Origin: an uncultured delta proteobacterium
GTDB lineage: Bacteria > Myxococcota_A > UBA9160 > SMWR01
Direction of reading: 5' to 3'
Assembly (NCBI GenBank): GCA_963832165.1
Contig: CAWHTE010000006.1
Span: forward strand, 1-64,000
Length of the DNA: 64,000 nucleotides
In this document: positions 47,563 to 57,294 of the stretch, piece by piece
Position numbering within the stretch: position 1 is the first letter of the stretch
Layout of the letters: each line of letters opens with the position of its first letter
Position numbers and translations under genes: made by a program
Notes under the pieces: model-generated
The model's input: only the letters and a program-made list of their open reading frames with translations
The model's database searches: none
Told to the model about the DNA's origin: nothing

Positions 47563-49566
47563 CTACTCCGCCACCTCGAGCACGATCCGCTCGTAAGCCG
47601 CGAGGCTCTCGTAGCGCGCGAACGGATTGCCGAGCGCCTGCTCCGCGCTCGGCAGCGGCTGGCCGCGCGTCACCTGGATCATGCGGCCCGCGAGCGTTGC
47701 GTACGCGCGGCGCACATCGCCGTCGATCCCGAGCAGCTTGCGCGGGTCGAAGCCGTCGCTGCGCAGGCGGATGCCCTGCAGCTCCTCGGCTTCGCTCGCA
47801 TTCCAGTTCGCGAGCAGGTCGATCAAGAGGATCGGCTTGGCAGCGAGGTTCGCGATGATCGCGACCGAGACCGCCTGGATCCGCGACCATTTCACGCGCG
47901 CGGTGCGGTCGCCCTCGAGCACGAGGTGGAGGCCCTCGTCGTCGATCCGCACCGGACGCGCGGGAGTCAGCTTCGCGCGCGCAAAGCGCGAGAGCTCGAC
48001 CACGCCGTCGTCGCCGAACACGGCGCGCTCGGGCGCCGCGGCCACTTCCGGCACGCTCGGCGCGACCGGCACCGGCGGCGGGACCTGCGCGCCGTGCTCG
48101 TCGAGCCAGCTCTGCAGCTTCGCGCGCTTCGCCTCGTGCAGATCCGGAGACTGCAGTGCGCGCCGCGCAGCGCCCGCGGCGGCGGTTGCATCGAGCTCGC
48201 GCGCGAGCTCGAAGACGCGCAGCGCCTGGCCCGGTGTCGTCGCCGCGTTGCTCGAATCGACCGCCTGGCGCAGCGCGATCGCCGCGCGCTCGCGCTGGTT
48301 CTCGGCGAGCAGGAGTGGCACGAAGCGCAACAGCGTGCCCGCATCCGCGTACGCCTGCGGCACGTGATCCGCGAGCTCCGACCAGTGGCGCACAGCGAGC
48401 TCCTGCTCGCCGCGCTGCGCGGCGCCGCGCACCGCCGAGAGCATCGCGGGTGCTGCGCTCGCCGCCTCTCCGCACGCGAGCGCCGCGTCCCAGAGCGCGA
48501 GCGCGATCCCGTCGTCGGGAGCGCGCTCCCACTCCGCCCGCAGCATCGCGAGAGCACCCTGCACGTCGCCGCGCTCGCGCGCGACCATCGCCTCCTCGAG
48601 CACGGGGTTCGCCGAGAAGCGCGTGAGCTGCGCGTCGATCGCGGGGTTGATGAAGCGATCTTCGATGCCGGATGCGCGCACCGCGTATGCGGCGCCGGCT
48701 CCGAACGCGAAGCCGCCCACGTGCGCCCAGTAGGCGACTCCCCCGCCGGCCAGACCGACCGCGTCCCAGAGCCACGCCTGGAACAGCTCGTTGCCGAACC
48801 AGAGCGAGAGCATCGCCCACGCGGGCGCCTCGAACGTGCCGAAGATCGGACGCAGGCCCGCCATGAAGAAATACGCGAAGCGGATCTGGGTGCTCCACAG
48901 GCGCACGGCGAAGGCGCCGAGCACGCCCGCGATCGCGCCCGACGCGCCGACCATCGGGATGTTGGGGTCGCTCGCGAGCGAGACGTAGAACACGGCCGCG
49001 AACACGCCCGCGAGGCCGTAGAACGCCGCGAACATCGCGCGACCGAAGCGATCCTCGATCGGCGGTCCCGCGAGCAGCAGCATGAACATGTTGCCGAGCA
49101 GATGGAACCAGCCCGCGTGCATGAACATGTGCGTGATGAAGCTGCGCGCGGAGAGCGCCGAAGGCACGAGGCCAAAGCGCTCGAACGCGCTCTGCGTGCT
49201 CGGATCCGGCGCGGTCGCGCCGAGCGCGAGGTCCGTCAGCCGATTCAGCTCGGCCTGCTGCGCGGCGAGCCCACCGTCCTCGTCGGGGCCGTACGGCGAG
49301 AGATCCGGCAGCGTGGAGAGATACTGGTTGCGCTGGTTCGGCATCACGTCGTACGCGACGTGATCGCGGATCTTCGGGTCGGCCGAGAGGTACGCGCGCT
49401 GCCGCCAGTAGTCAGCCGCCTCCTGGAATCGCTCCTGCGCGCCCGCTCCCTGCGGAGCGCTCGTGTCGGTGCACAGGAACACGAGCACACACGCGGCGAT
49501 GAGTGAGAGCGTCACCCAGGGCAGGCGGCGGACTTCCCGCTCCTGATGCCCGATCGGCAGGATCAT
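47563..49566 (-). CDS. Rhomboid intramembrane serine protease with long C-terminal helical domain
   Basis: FMHAGWFHLLGNM, GASGAIAG, AYWAHVGGF. Confidence 0.92.
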   Translation of the reverse strand: MILPIGHQEREVRRLPWVTLSLIAACVLVFLCTDTSAPQGAGAQERFQEAADYWRQRAYLSADPKIRDHVAYDVMPNQRNQYLSTLPDLSPYGPDEDGGLAAQQAELNRLTDLALGATAPDPSTQSAFERFGLVPSALSARSFITHMFMHAGWFHLLGNMFMLLLAGPPIEDRFGRAMFAAFYGLAGVFAAVFYVSLASDPNIPMVGASGAIAGVLGAFAVRLWSTQIRFAYFFMAGLRPIFGTFEAPAWAMLSLWFGNELFQAWLWDAVGLAGGGVAYWAHVGGFAFGAGAAYAVRASGIEDRFINPAIDAQLTRFSANPVLEEAMVARERGDVQGALAMLRAEWERAPDDGIALALWDAALACGEAASAAPAMLSAVRGAAQRGEQELAVRHWSELADHVPQAYADAGTLLRFVPLLLAENQRERAAIALRQAVDSSNAATTPGQALRVFELARELDATAAAGAARRALQSPDLHEAKRAKLQSWLDEHGAQVPPPVPVAPSVPEVAAAPERAVFGDDGVVELSRFARAKLTPARPVRIDDEGLHLVLEGDRTARVKWSRIQAVSVAIIANLAAKPILLIDLLANWNASEAEELQGIRLRSDGFDPRKLLGIDGDVRRAYATLAGRMIQVTRGQPLPSAEQALGNPFARYESLAAYERIVLEVAE

Positions 49567-49676
49567 CGCGGCTCCTCGCGGAACGCCCTATACATCGGAC
49601 GACCGAATGCGCTGCGTTAACGCGGGCTCCGGCCACTCCGGCGACCCGGACGAGCCGCCGCGAGAGGCCCCCCCGA

Positions 49677-50750
49677 ATGACCGACGCCGTCGACTTCCAG
49701 GTCCGCCGCGACGATCTGCGCACCACGCGCTTCGCCGCCCCCGATCCGAAGAGCCTCGAGCCCGCCAACGGGCAAGCGCTCCTGCGCGTCGACCACTTCG
49801 CGTTCACCGCGAACAACATCACCTACGCGGTTGCCGGCGATCTGATGTCCTACTGGAACTTCTTCCCGGCAGAGAGCGGCTGGGGTCGCGTGCCGGTCTG
49901 GGGCTTCGCCGACGTGGCCGCGTCGCGCTGCGCCGGCGTCGCGGAGGGCATGCGCCTGTACGGCTACTACCCGATGTCGACGCACCTCGTGGTGACGCCC
50001 GTGCGTCCGGACAGCGCGGGGTTCATCGACGGATCCGAACACCGGGCACCGATGGCGGGCGCCTACAACCAGTACCGCGCCGTGGTCTCGGGCGAAGGCG
50101 GCGAGGAAGCACAGATGTTGCTCCAGCCGTTGTTCGTCACGGCGTTCCTGATCGACGACTTCCTCGCCGATAGCCGGTTCTTCGGCGCGCGCACCGCGCT
50201 GCTCTCGAGCGCATCGAGCAAGACGGCGTACGGGCTCGCCCATCAGCTCGCGCAGCGCGGCGGGATCGAGGTGGTCGGCCTCACGTCTCCGGGCAACCGG
50301 GCGTTCGTGGCCGGGCTCGGCTGCTACGACCGCACCGTGACCTACGATGCGATCGCGTCGCTCGATCCCGGCGTGCCCGCGCTCTTCGTCGACATGGCCG
50401 GCAACGGCGCGGTGCAGAGCGCGGTCCACCACCACTTCGGGGCGAACCTCATCCACAGCCTCTCGGTCGGCATGACGCACTGGGAGCACACCAAGCGCGA
50501 GAAGAGCCTGCCGGGCGCCGAGCCGAGCTTCTTCTTCGCGCCCAACCAGCTGAAAAAGCGCTTCGGCGATTGGGGGGCCGAGGGCTTCCAGCAGCGGATC
50601 GGCAGCGCGTTCGGCGCGTTCCGCGCCCAGGCCGACCGCGCGCTGCGCGTGGTGCGCGGCGGCCGCACCGAGGTACAGCCCGTCTACCTCGACACGCTCG
50701 AGGGACGCATCGCCCCCGACGCGGGTCACGTGCTCACGCTCCAGAGCTGA
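49677..50750 (+). CDS. DUF2855 family protein
   Basis: FAFTANNITYA, YWNFFP, VPVWGFA, SSASSKTA, VGMTHW, FFFAP. Confidence 0.88.
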   Translation: MTDAVDFQVRRDDLRTTRFAAPDPKSLEPANGQALLRVDHFAFTANNITYAVAGDLMSYWNFFPAESGWGRVPVWGFADVAASRCAGVAEGMRLYGYYPMSTHLVVTPVRPDSAGFIDGSEHRAPMAGAYNQYRAVVSGEGGEEAQMLLQPLFVTAFLIDDFLADSRFFGARTALLSSASSKTAYGLAHQLAQRGGIEVVGLTSPGNRAFVAGLGCYDRTVTYDAIASLDPGVPALFVDMAGNGAVQSAVHHHFGANLIHSLSVGMTHWEHTKREKSLPGAEPSFFFAPNQLKKRFGDWGAEGFQQRIGSAFGAFRAQADRALRVVRGGRTEVQPVYLDTLEGRIAPDAGHVLTLQS

Positions 50751-50791
50751 GGGCTAACACACCCGGCCCGATCTGCCGATGGATCTGGGCG

Positions 50792-51091
50792 ATGAGGCGT
50801 GTGATCCCGTTGCTGCTGTGTTGCCTGTTCGCGTCGGGCTGCTTCGTGTTCGACGAGCTCGAGGCGGGCGACAAGGTCCTCGACCAGCTCGGCCCTGGAA
50901 AGAACGCCGCCGCGCCCGCACAGCCGGCTCCGGCGCCGCAGGCCGGCGCAGGCTGGTGGGCGAACGCGAAGTCGATCGGTGACACACCCGCCGACACGCG
51001 CGACCCCGCGGTCGCGTGCACGATAGGCGGGTCGATGCGGTTCATGCGCAGGAGCGATTGCCTGTCGCAGGGCGGCCAGCCTGATAAGTGA
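50792..51091 (+). CDS. Small hypothetical lipoprotein
   Basis: Lipobox FASG-C; C-terminal C...CLSQGG pair. Confidence 0.72.
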   Translation: MRRVIPLLLCCLFASGCFVFDELEAGDKVLDQLGPGKNAAAPAQPAPAPQAGAGWWANAKSIGDTPADTRDPAVACTIGGSMRFMRRSDCLSQGGQPDK

Positions 51092-51146
51092 GAAATTTCG
51101 ATTGCGCGGCGCGCGGTCCGCATCGGATGATGCGCACTCGCGCCGC

Positions 51147-51671
51147 ATGCGAATCCACCGTCCGCTGATCCTCGTGCTGTTGCCGATCCTGTTCGGCAGC
51201 ACCTCCGATCCCGGCCTCTTGATCGAGGTCGACCGCACGCGTTTCTCGCTCGAGGCCCGCGATCTCTCCGCGGACGCCGTGGGGCCCGCGCTCTCGGTCG
51301 CGGTCGGCTCGCCCGAGCATCCGACTCCGACCGGCGAGTTCCGGCCGCGCCACGTCGTGCGCAACCCCGGATTCATGCCCGGCCCGCACTCGCGGCGGCT
51401 CGGCGCGCAGGCGCGGCGGCCGTCGAGCGACGGCCCGCTCGGTGTCGGCAAGATCCCGCTCGAATTCGGCGCGATCCAGATCCACGGCGGCGCCGACCCG
51501 ATCGAGCTCGGCAAGCCCGTCTCGCTCGGCTGCGTGAGCCTGCGCGACGAGGAGTGGATGGCGCTCGTCGACTGGCTCCGGGTGCGCAACGGGCTCTCGC
51601 CCGAACGCCCGACCCGCGCGGGATCGCTCGTCTCGCGCTTCCGCCGCCCGATCCGGGTGGTGGTCCGCTAG
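51147..51671 (+). CDS. L,D-transpeptidase (YkuD domain)
   Basis: VAVG..PTPTGEF, GPLG, IHG..SLGCVSL. Confidence 0.88.
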   Translation: MRIHRPLILVLLPILFGSTSDPGLLIEVDRTRFSLEARDLSADAVGPALSVAVGSPEHPTPTGEFRPRHVVRNPGFMPGPHSRRLGAQARRPSSDGPLGVGKIPLEFGAIQIHGGADPIELGKPVSLGCVSLRDEEWMALVDWLRVRNGLSPERPTRAGSLVSRFRRPIRVVVR

Positions 51672-51730
51672 TTCCTCGCGGCCGGGGCCTCATCGTTTCG
51701 TGCGGCCGGGGCGGTGGCGGCGTGTCCGTC

Positions 51731-51762
51731 GTAGGGCGGATTAGCCCGAAGTCCATTCCGCG
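51731..51762 (+). repeat. Degenerate GTAG-family REP-like element
   Basis: GTAGGGCGGATTAGCCCGAAGTCCATTCCGC: GTAG followed by a gcgga/tccgc stem. Confidence 0.5.
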
Positions 51763-51773
51763 GTGTCCGTTGC

Positions 51774-51922
51774 CTGGGGCCGGGCGTTGATTCGCCGCGT
51801 CGGCGTTGTGGGTCCGTCGGCATGCACGACGGTGCACCGGAGCCCAACGGTTGCCGGCTCGGAGACGCATATGCTCCAGGATCACCAACGCCTCCGGCGG
51901 CGAATTCAAGCGCCCGGCCTAG
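51774..51922. ncRNA. Putative structured RNA element A (long bulged stem carrying three hairpins); family unknown
   Basis: Pairings 51778-86/51911-19, 51787-90/51906-09, 51791-98/51897-904, 51802-08/51886-92; inner stems 51814-19/51827-32, 51840-44/51856-60, 51861-64/51874-77. Confidence 0.5.
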
Positions 51923-51966
51923 CGCATGGAGAGGTTCACGCTTCCAGGGCGTACGAGTTCGAGTGC

Positions 51967-52154
51967 CGGGGTGGTTGGCTTGCTGCGGCGAAGTAAAGCG
52001 GAGCCGGCCACGGGCCGTCGCACGGCTCGTGGCAACTTGGGTTGGACCGGCAACCTGAAAGCCTGAAGCAATCGCTGGCTTCGGACCCTTCGGGCGAGAG
52101 AGAACGTCGCCCCCAGGCCGGCGAGCCATGAGCCGCAGCAAGCCAACCACCCCG
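51967..52154 (+). ncRNA. Putative structured RNA element B (perfect 23-bp closing stem, four inner hairpins); family unknown
   Basis: 51967-51989 is the exact reverse complement of 52132-52154; inner stems contain four G-U pairs that form only on the + strand. Confidence 0.62.
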
Positions 52155-52183
52155 AGCCACGCGAAACGCGGGTGAAGAAAGCG

Positions 52184-52666
52184 TCAGTCCGCGTACATCA
52201 GCCGCGTCAGCGTCTCCGCGACACAGGCCGGCTTCGACTCCCCCTCGACCTCGATCGTCACGACCTGCTTGAGCTGGAGCGTGGTGCGCCCCTTGGCCTC
52301 CACCTCCAGGAGCGAGCGGCGCGCGCGGACGCGCGAGCCGACCTTCACGGGGCTCGGGAAGCGCACCTTGTCGAGCCCGTAGTTCACGGCCATCACGAGC
52401 CCCTGATAGGCGCTCGGCTCGACGGGCGGGATCTTGCCGCCGAGGTGGGGCACGAGCGACAGCGTCAGGAAACCGTGCGCAATCGTCACCTTGTAGGGCG
52501 AGAGCTTCGCGGACTTCTCGGGATCGACGTGGATGAACTGGTGGTCGAGCGTGGCGTCGGCGAACGCGTTGATGCGCGACTGGTCGACGGTGAACCATTC
52601 GCCAACCCCCTCCTCGCTCCCGACGTGCTTGTTCCACAGCTCCAGTGCCGCAGCGGTCTTGCTCAT
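52184..52666 (-). CDS. MaoC family dehydratase
   Basis: FADATLDHQFIHVD, IAHGFLTLSL, NYGLDKVRF. Confidence 0.95.
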   Translation of the reverse strand: MSKTAAALELWNKHVGSEEGVGEWFTVDQSRINAFADATLDHQFIHVDPEKSAKLSPYKVTIAHGFLTLSLVPHLGGKIPPVEPSAYQGLVMAVNYGLDKVRFPSPVKVGSRVRARRSLLEVEAKGRTTLQLKQVVTIEVEGESKPACVAETLTRLMYAD

Positions 52667-52681
52667 GTCGTGCTCCTTCGG

Positions 52682-54466
52682 TTAGTTCGCGCACCCGAAC
52701 AGGTTGTCGGGGTCGATGGCCCGCTTCAATCCCTCGCGCCAGGCGAGCGCGGCGGGGGAGAAGATGGCGGGCAGGAAGTGCTGGCGCAGCTTTCCCACGC
52801 CGTGGTGGTGCGAGAGCGAGCCGCCGCTGCGCAGGATCTCCTCGCGCGCGGCGCGCTCGAGCTCCGCGTACACCTCGCTCGCGTTCTCCACCCCGCGGTG
52901 GTAGAAGGCGAAATAGAAGTACACACACACGCCGGTGTCGTAGAGCTGCGTCACGCGGGCGGCGACGAACGGTCGCCCCGGCAGCCCGCGCTTCGCGTGC
53001 TCCTGCCACAGGCGCTGCTTCACGTTCTGGATCAGCGGCACGCACTGCGACCATGCCACGGCCGTCTCGAACGACTCCGCGACCACGTAGTGATTCATCA
53101 TGAAGTCGCGGATGTAGGCGATCGCGAACGTGAGCGCGTAGCCGCGCTGGCCGTTCTCGGCGCCGCCCTTGATCCCGCCGTGGCGCGCGGCGAGCCGGTA
53201 GACCACGCGCTCCTGCGCCGCCACCTGCTCGGGTGTTCCCTCGAACAAGAGCGTGCAAGCCACCATCCGATCGACTTCGAAGCCCAACACGCGCGTCACG
53301 TAGAACTTCTCGAGCCGGCTCTTCTGCGCGGCGAGCCCCGACTTGCGCGGCTTGAGCGCCTGACCGAACTGGAACTGCAGATTGTCCATGAGCCGGATGC
53401 TGGCCGGCACGGCGCCCGAGCACTGGACGTCGCGCAGGAACGCCATGCCCGCCTCGAACTCGCGGAAGATCACCGAGCCGTGCTTCTGCACCTCGGGCAG
53501 CGGGTGCACCTTCACCACCGCGCGCGTCACGATGCCGAGCCGCCCCTCGGAGCCGAGCAGCCAGCGCGCCGGATCGCCGCCGACCGACTCGCGCGGCGGC
53601 GCGGCCTCGCGCGCGAGCTCGCCCTGCGCCGTCACCGCGGTCACGCCGAGCACGATGTCCTCGATGTTTCCGTAGCGGTTCTTCTTCATGCCGCTCGCGT
53701 GGGTCGCCACCCAGCCGCCCAGCGTCGAGAACTCGAAGCTGTCGGGCTCGTGGCCGATCGTGAATCCGTGGCGCGCGAGCACCTCGCCGATCTCGCGCCC
53801 GTTGGCGCCGGCTTCGATGCACGCGGTGCGGTTCTCCGCGTCGATCCACAGCACCCGGTTCATGCGCCGCATGTCCACCGAGACGATGCTGCGCGTCTCG
53901 TCGCGCGGGCAGCGCAGCGACTCGGTCACGTTCGTGCCGCCGCCGTACGGGATCAGGCAGACGCGGTGGCGCGCCGCGAGTGCGACGATCGCGCGCACCT
54001 GTTCGTCGCTCTCGGGGCGGACGATCAGGTCGGGAACGCGCTCGAGGCGCCCGTACTTGATCGCCCACATCTCCTCCTGCGTGTGGCCGTGGCCGTGGCG
54101 CAACCGCAAGCGCGCGTCGCGGTCGATCTGGTCACCGCGCAGCGCGTTGGCGAGCTCGGCCTCGAACGCGGCGTTCACCACGCGCTCCGGAATCGGCGTG
54201 GGATAGCTCGATGCGTGCACCTCGTCGGGCGCGAGCGGCGAATCGAGCGTGGTGCGCGCCCAGGGCAGGAAGTCCGAGAGCCGCTGGCCCGAGATCGGAT
54301 AGCGGTCGCCCGTGAACGTGACCTCGCCCGCATCCACGGCGAAGCCGCTGTCCGCGAACCCCCAGACGTCGAGATGCTCGGCGTCGCGCGCGTCGCAGGA
54401 CGGCGGATCCGGAAGAATCCGCTTCGGATCGCCGGACGCCGCTCCGTCGCTCACCGCGATCGCCAA
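52682..54466 (-). CDS. Alkyl-dihydroxyacetone phosphate synthase-like FAD oxidoreductase
   Basis: HGHTQEE, PYGGGTNV, GHEPDSFEFSTLGGW, ASGMKKNRYGNIED, SFET, RVTQLYDTG, SLSHHHGVGK. Confidence 0.88.
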   Translation of the reverse strand: MAIAVSDGAASGDPKRILPDPPSCDARDAEHLDVWGFADSGFAVDAGEVTFTGDRYPISGQRLSDFLPWARTTLDSPLAPDEVHASSYPTPIPERVVNAAFEAELANALRGDQIDRDARLRLRHGHGHTQEEMWAIKYGRLERVPDLIVRPESDEQVRAIVALAARHRVCLIPYGGGTNVTESLRCPRDETRSIVSVDMRRMNRVLWIDAENRTACIEAGANGREIGEVLARHGFTIGHEPDSFEFSTLGGWVATHASGMKKNRYGNIEDIVLGVTAVTAQGELAREAAPPRESVGGDPARWLLGSEGRLGIVTRAVVKVHPLPEVQKHGSVIFREFEAGMAFLRDVQCSGAVPASIRLMDNLQFQFGQALKPRKSGLAAQKSRLEKFYVTRVLGFEVDRMVACTLLFEGTPEQVAAQERVVYRLAARHGGIKGGAENGQRGYALTFAIAYIRDFMMNHYVVAESFETAVAWSQCVPLIQNVKQRLWQEHAKRGLPGRPFVAARVTQLYDTGVCVYFYFAFYHRGVENASEVYAELERAAREEILRSGGSLSHHHGVGKLRQHFLPAIFSPAALAWREGLKRAIDPDNLFGCAN

Positions 54467-54479
54467 TGTGCCCGGTCGC

Positions 54480-55676
54480 TCAGGCGACTTCGAATAGCGA
54501 CGCCAGACCCTGACCGCCCCCGATGCACATCGTCACGATGCCGTAGCGCTTGCCCTGGCGCTTGAGCTCGCGCAGCAGCTGACCGGTCATGCGCGAGCCG
54601 GTCATGCCGAACGGGTGGCCGATCGAGATCGATCCGCCGAGCGGATTCAGCTTGTCGTTGTCGATGCCGAGCTCGCGCACGCAGTAGAGCAGCTGCGATG
54701 CGAACGCCTCGTTCAGCTCGATGATGTCGATGTCGTCGAGCTTGAGGCCGTGGCGTTTGAGCAGCTTCGGAACCGCGAACACGGGCCCGATGCCCATCTC
54801 CTCGGGTCCGCAGCCCGCGACCGCGGTGCCGCGGTAGATGCCGAGCGGCTCGATGCCGAGCTGCTTCGCCCGCGTGGAGCTCATGAGCAGCGTCGCCGAT
54901 GCGCCGTCGGAGAGCTGCGACGCGTTGCCGGCCGTCACGGTGCCGCCCTCCTCGGCCTTCTTGAACACGGGCTGGAGCTTCGCGAGGCCCTCGAGCGTCG
55001 TGTCGGGGCGGTTGCACTCGTCCGCCAGGACGGTGAAGTCCTCGTCGTACGGCTCCTTGTCCTTCTGGATGATCCGCCGGCGCACCTTCATCGGCGCGAT
55101 GTCCTCGGCGACCTTGCCCTCCTTCACCGACTTCGCATAACGCTGCTGGCTCTGCAGCGCGTAGAGGTCCTGGTCCTCGCGCGAGATCTTGTAGCGCTCG
55201 GCCACGACCTCGGCGGTGAGGCCCATCGGGAAGTACAGGCCCGGGAACCGCTTCTGCGCGGTCGCGTTGACCATGCGATTCCGGTTCGACGTGCCGTCCT
55301 GCATCATCGTGATCGTCTCGACGCCGGCCCCGATCGCCACCTCGGCGCCCTCGTGCAGGATCTCGTGCGCGGCCATCGCGATCGCCTGCGAGCCCGACGA
55401 GCAGAAGCGCGTCACGGTCGTCGCGGCGACCTCCTTCGGGAAGCCCGCCGCCATCGCGGCGATGCGCCCCATGTTCATGCCCTGACAGCCCTCCGGAATG
55501 CCGCAGCCGAGGTTCACGTCCTCGATCTCCATCGGATCGAGGTTCTTGTGGCGCGCGACCACCTCGCGCAGAACGTGCGCGGTGTAGTCGACCGGCTCGG
55601 TGATGTTGAACGAGCCGCGGTGGGCCTTGGTGAGACCGGTTCGGACGCTGTCGACGATGACGGCTTCGCGGGCCAT
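54480..55676 (-). CDS. Acetyl-CoA C-acyltransferase (thiolase)
   Basis: [41 protein letters not shown]. Confidence 0.95.
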   Translation of the reverse strand: MAREAVIVDSVRTGLTKAHRGSFNITEPVDYTAHVLREVVARHKNLDPMEIEDVNLGCGIPEGCQGMNMGRIAAMAAGFPKEVAATTVTRFCSSGSQAIAMAAHEILHEGAEVAIGAGVETITMMQDGTSNRNRMVNATAQKRFPGLYFPMGLTAEVVAERYKISREDQDLYALQSQQRYAKSVKEGKVAEDIAPMKVRRRIIQKDKEPYDEDFTVLADECNRPDTTLEGLAKLQPVFKKAEEGGTVTAGNASQLSDGASATLLMSSTRAKQLGIEPLGIYRGTAVAGCGPEEMGIGPVFAVPKLLKRHGLKLDDIDIIELNEAFASQLLYCVRELGIDNDKLNPLGGSISIGHPFGMTGSRMTGQLLRELKRQGKRYGIVTMCIGGGQGLASLFEVA

Positions 55677-55772
55677 GGGGGGGACCTCCAGCGGTGTCGG
55701 CGGATGGAAACGCGGAAACGGGAGGGACAGACTAAGTGTCCGCCCGTGGCGCCACAAGGGCTGCGGCCGCGC

Positions 55773-56441
55773 TCAGCGCTGCGCGCGGTATAGCGTGTGG
55801 CGGCGCCCGCCGCGGCCCACGCGGCGCATCTGCGCGGAGAGACCCGCGCGCGCGAGACGCCGCGCGAGCCCGGGCGCCGGCTCCTCGCACCAGATCCCGA
55901 GCGCGCCGCCGGATGCGAGCGCGCGGGCCATGTCCGCGATGGCCGCGACGCCCCAGATCGGATGGTCGTCTTCGCTGCGGGTGCCGCGTGGACCCGCGAA
56001 CAAGTCGAGCGCGATGACATCGAAGCGCGGAATAGCGCCTTGCGCGGCGGCTCGGATCGACCCCATCACGTCGCCCATGACCACGTCGACGCGCGGATCG
56101 TCGAGCGCGCGATCGGTGAGCGGCGCGAGCGGACCGCGGCACCAGTCCACCACGGCGGGCTCGAGCTCCGCGACACGCACGCGCGCCGCTCGGGGCAGCG
56201 CGTCGAGCGCGGCGCGCAGCGTGTAGCCCATGCCGAGCCCGCCGATCAATACCTTGGGTCGCCGATCGACCAGGTCCTCGCAGAGCCACTCCGCGAGCGC
56301 GCTCTCGGAGCGATGCGCCGCACTGGTCATGAGCACGCGGCCCGCGACCGTGATCAGGAATTCGCGCTCGCCGCGCTGGCGCAGCTCGAGCTCGCCGCCG
56401 GGCGATGCGACGCGTTCGAGTGTCGTCCAGGGACGGGTCAA
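55773..56441 (-). CDS. Spermidine synthase-like SAM-binding protein
   Basis: LMTS..SE..LA, VLIGGLGMGYT, VAEL, DVIALD. Confidence 0.85.
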   Translation of the reverse strand: MTRPWTTLERVASPGGELELRQRGEREFLITVAGRVLMTSAAHRSESALAEWLCEDLVDRRPKVLIGGLGMGYTLRAALDALPRAARVRVAELEPAVVDWCRGPLAPLTDRALDDPRVDVVMGDVMGSIRAAAQGAIPRFDVIALDLFAGPRGTRSEDDHPIWGVAAIADMARALASGGALGIWCEEPAPGLARRLARAGLSAQMRRVGRGGRRHTLYRAQR

Positions 56442-56450
56442 TCGCGCGGC

Positions 56451-57227
56451 TCAGCGCCCCTTCCACACCGGGGCCCGCTTCTGGGCGAACGCGCGCGGAC
56501 CCTCGAGGAAGTCTTCGCTCTTGACCATCGCGACCACCTGGTCGTACGAGGCCTTGGACGCATCCTCGACGGAGCCCTTGCCGAGGCCCTGATAGGCGGA
56601 CTGCTTCGACGCGCGCACCGAGAGCGGCGCGCACTCGAGGATCATCTCGGCCCAGCGCCGCGCGCCCGCGAGCGACTCGCCTTCCGGGACCACTTCGTTC
56701 ACGAAGCCGAGCCGGTAGCCCTCCTCCGCGCTCACGCGGCGCCCGGTCAGCAGCATGCCCATCGCGTGCTTGAGCGGGATCGCGCGCGGCAGACGGTGCA
56801 TGCCCCCCGCGAGCGCGGCGAGCCCGACGCGCGGCTCGGGCAGCGCGAACACGGCCTTCTCGGAGGCGACGATGATGTCGCAGGCCAGCGCGATCTCGAA
56901 TCCGCCGCCCATCGCGACACCGTTCACGGCGGCGATCACGGGCTTCGGATTGTCGTAGCGAGCGGTGAGGCCCGCGAAGCCCTTCGGGTTGATCTCGAGT
57001 CGTCCGTTGTGGGCCGCGGTGTACTTGAGGTCGTTGCCCGCCGAGAACGCGCGGTCGCCCGCGCCCGTGATGATCGCCACCCACAGCTCCGGATCGGCGA
57101 CGAACTCGTCGAATACCGCTTCGAGCTCGAAATTCGCGGGCGGGTGCAGCGAGTTCATCACCTCGGGGCGGTTCATCGTGACGATGTAGAGGTGGCCTTC
57201 GCGCTCGACCTTGCAGAATTCGGGCAT
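56451..57227 (-). CDS. Enoyl-CoA hydratase/isomerase family protein
   Basis: AFSAGNDL, AAVNGVAMGGGFE, LPEPRVG. Confidence 0.94.
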   Translation of the reverse strand: MPEFCKVEREGHLYIVTMNRPEVMNSLHPPANFELEAVFDEFVADPELWVAIITGAGDRAFSAGNDLKYTAAHNGRLEINPKGFAGLTARYDNPKPVIAAVNGVAMGGGFEIALACDIIVASEKAVFALPEPRVGLAALAGGMHRLPRAIPLKHAMGMLLTGRRVSAEEGYRLGFVNEVVPEGESLAGARRWAEMILECAPLSVRASKQSAYQGLGKGSVEDASKASYDQVVAMVKSEDFLEGPRAFAQKRAPVWKGR

Positions 57228-57294
57228 CGCAGCTCCTTCGCATCCGGGAGTCCTACAATAGTCGCCCCGAGCCGGGGGGTGAAGAGAGGAATCG

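Noticed and set aside
51672..52183. Small ORFs, or a retron, tmRNA, RNase P or SRP identity for this intergenic region
   Set aside because: ORFs lack coding bias and recognisable motifs; no reverse transcriptase; signature sequences of those RNAs not seen
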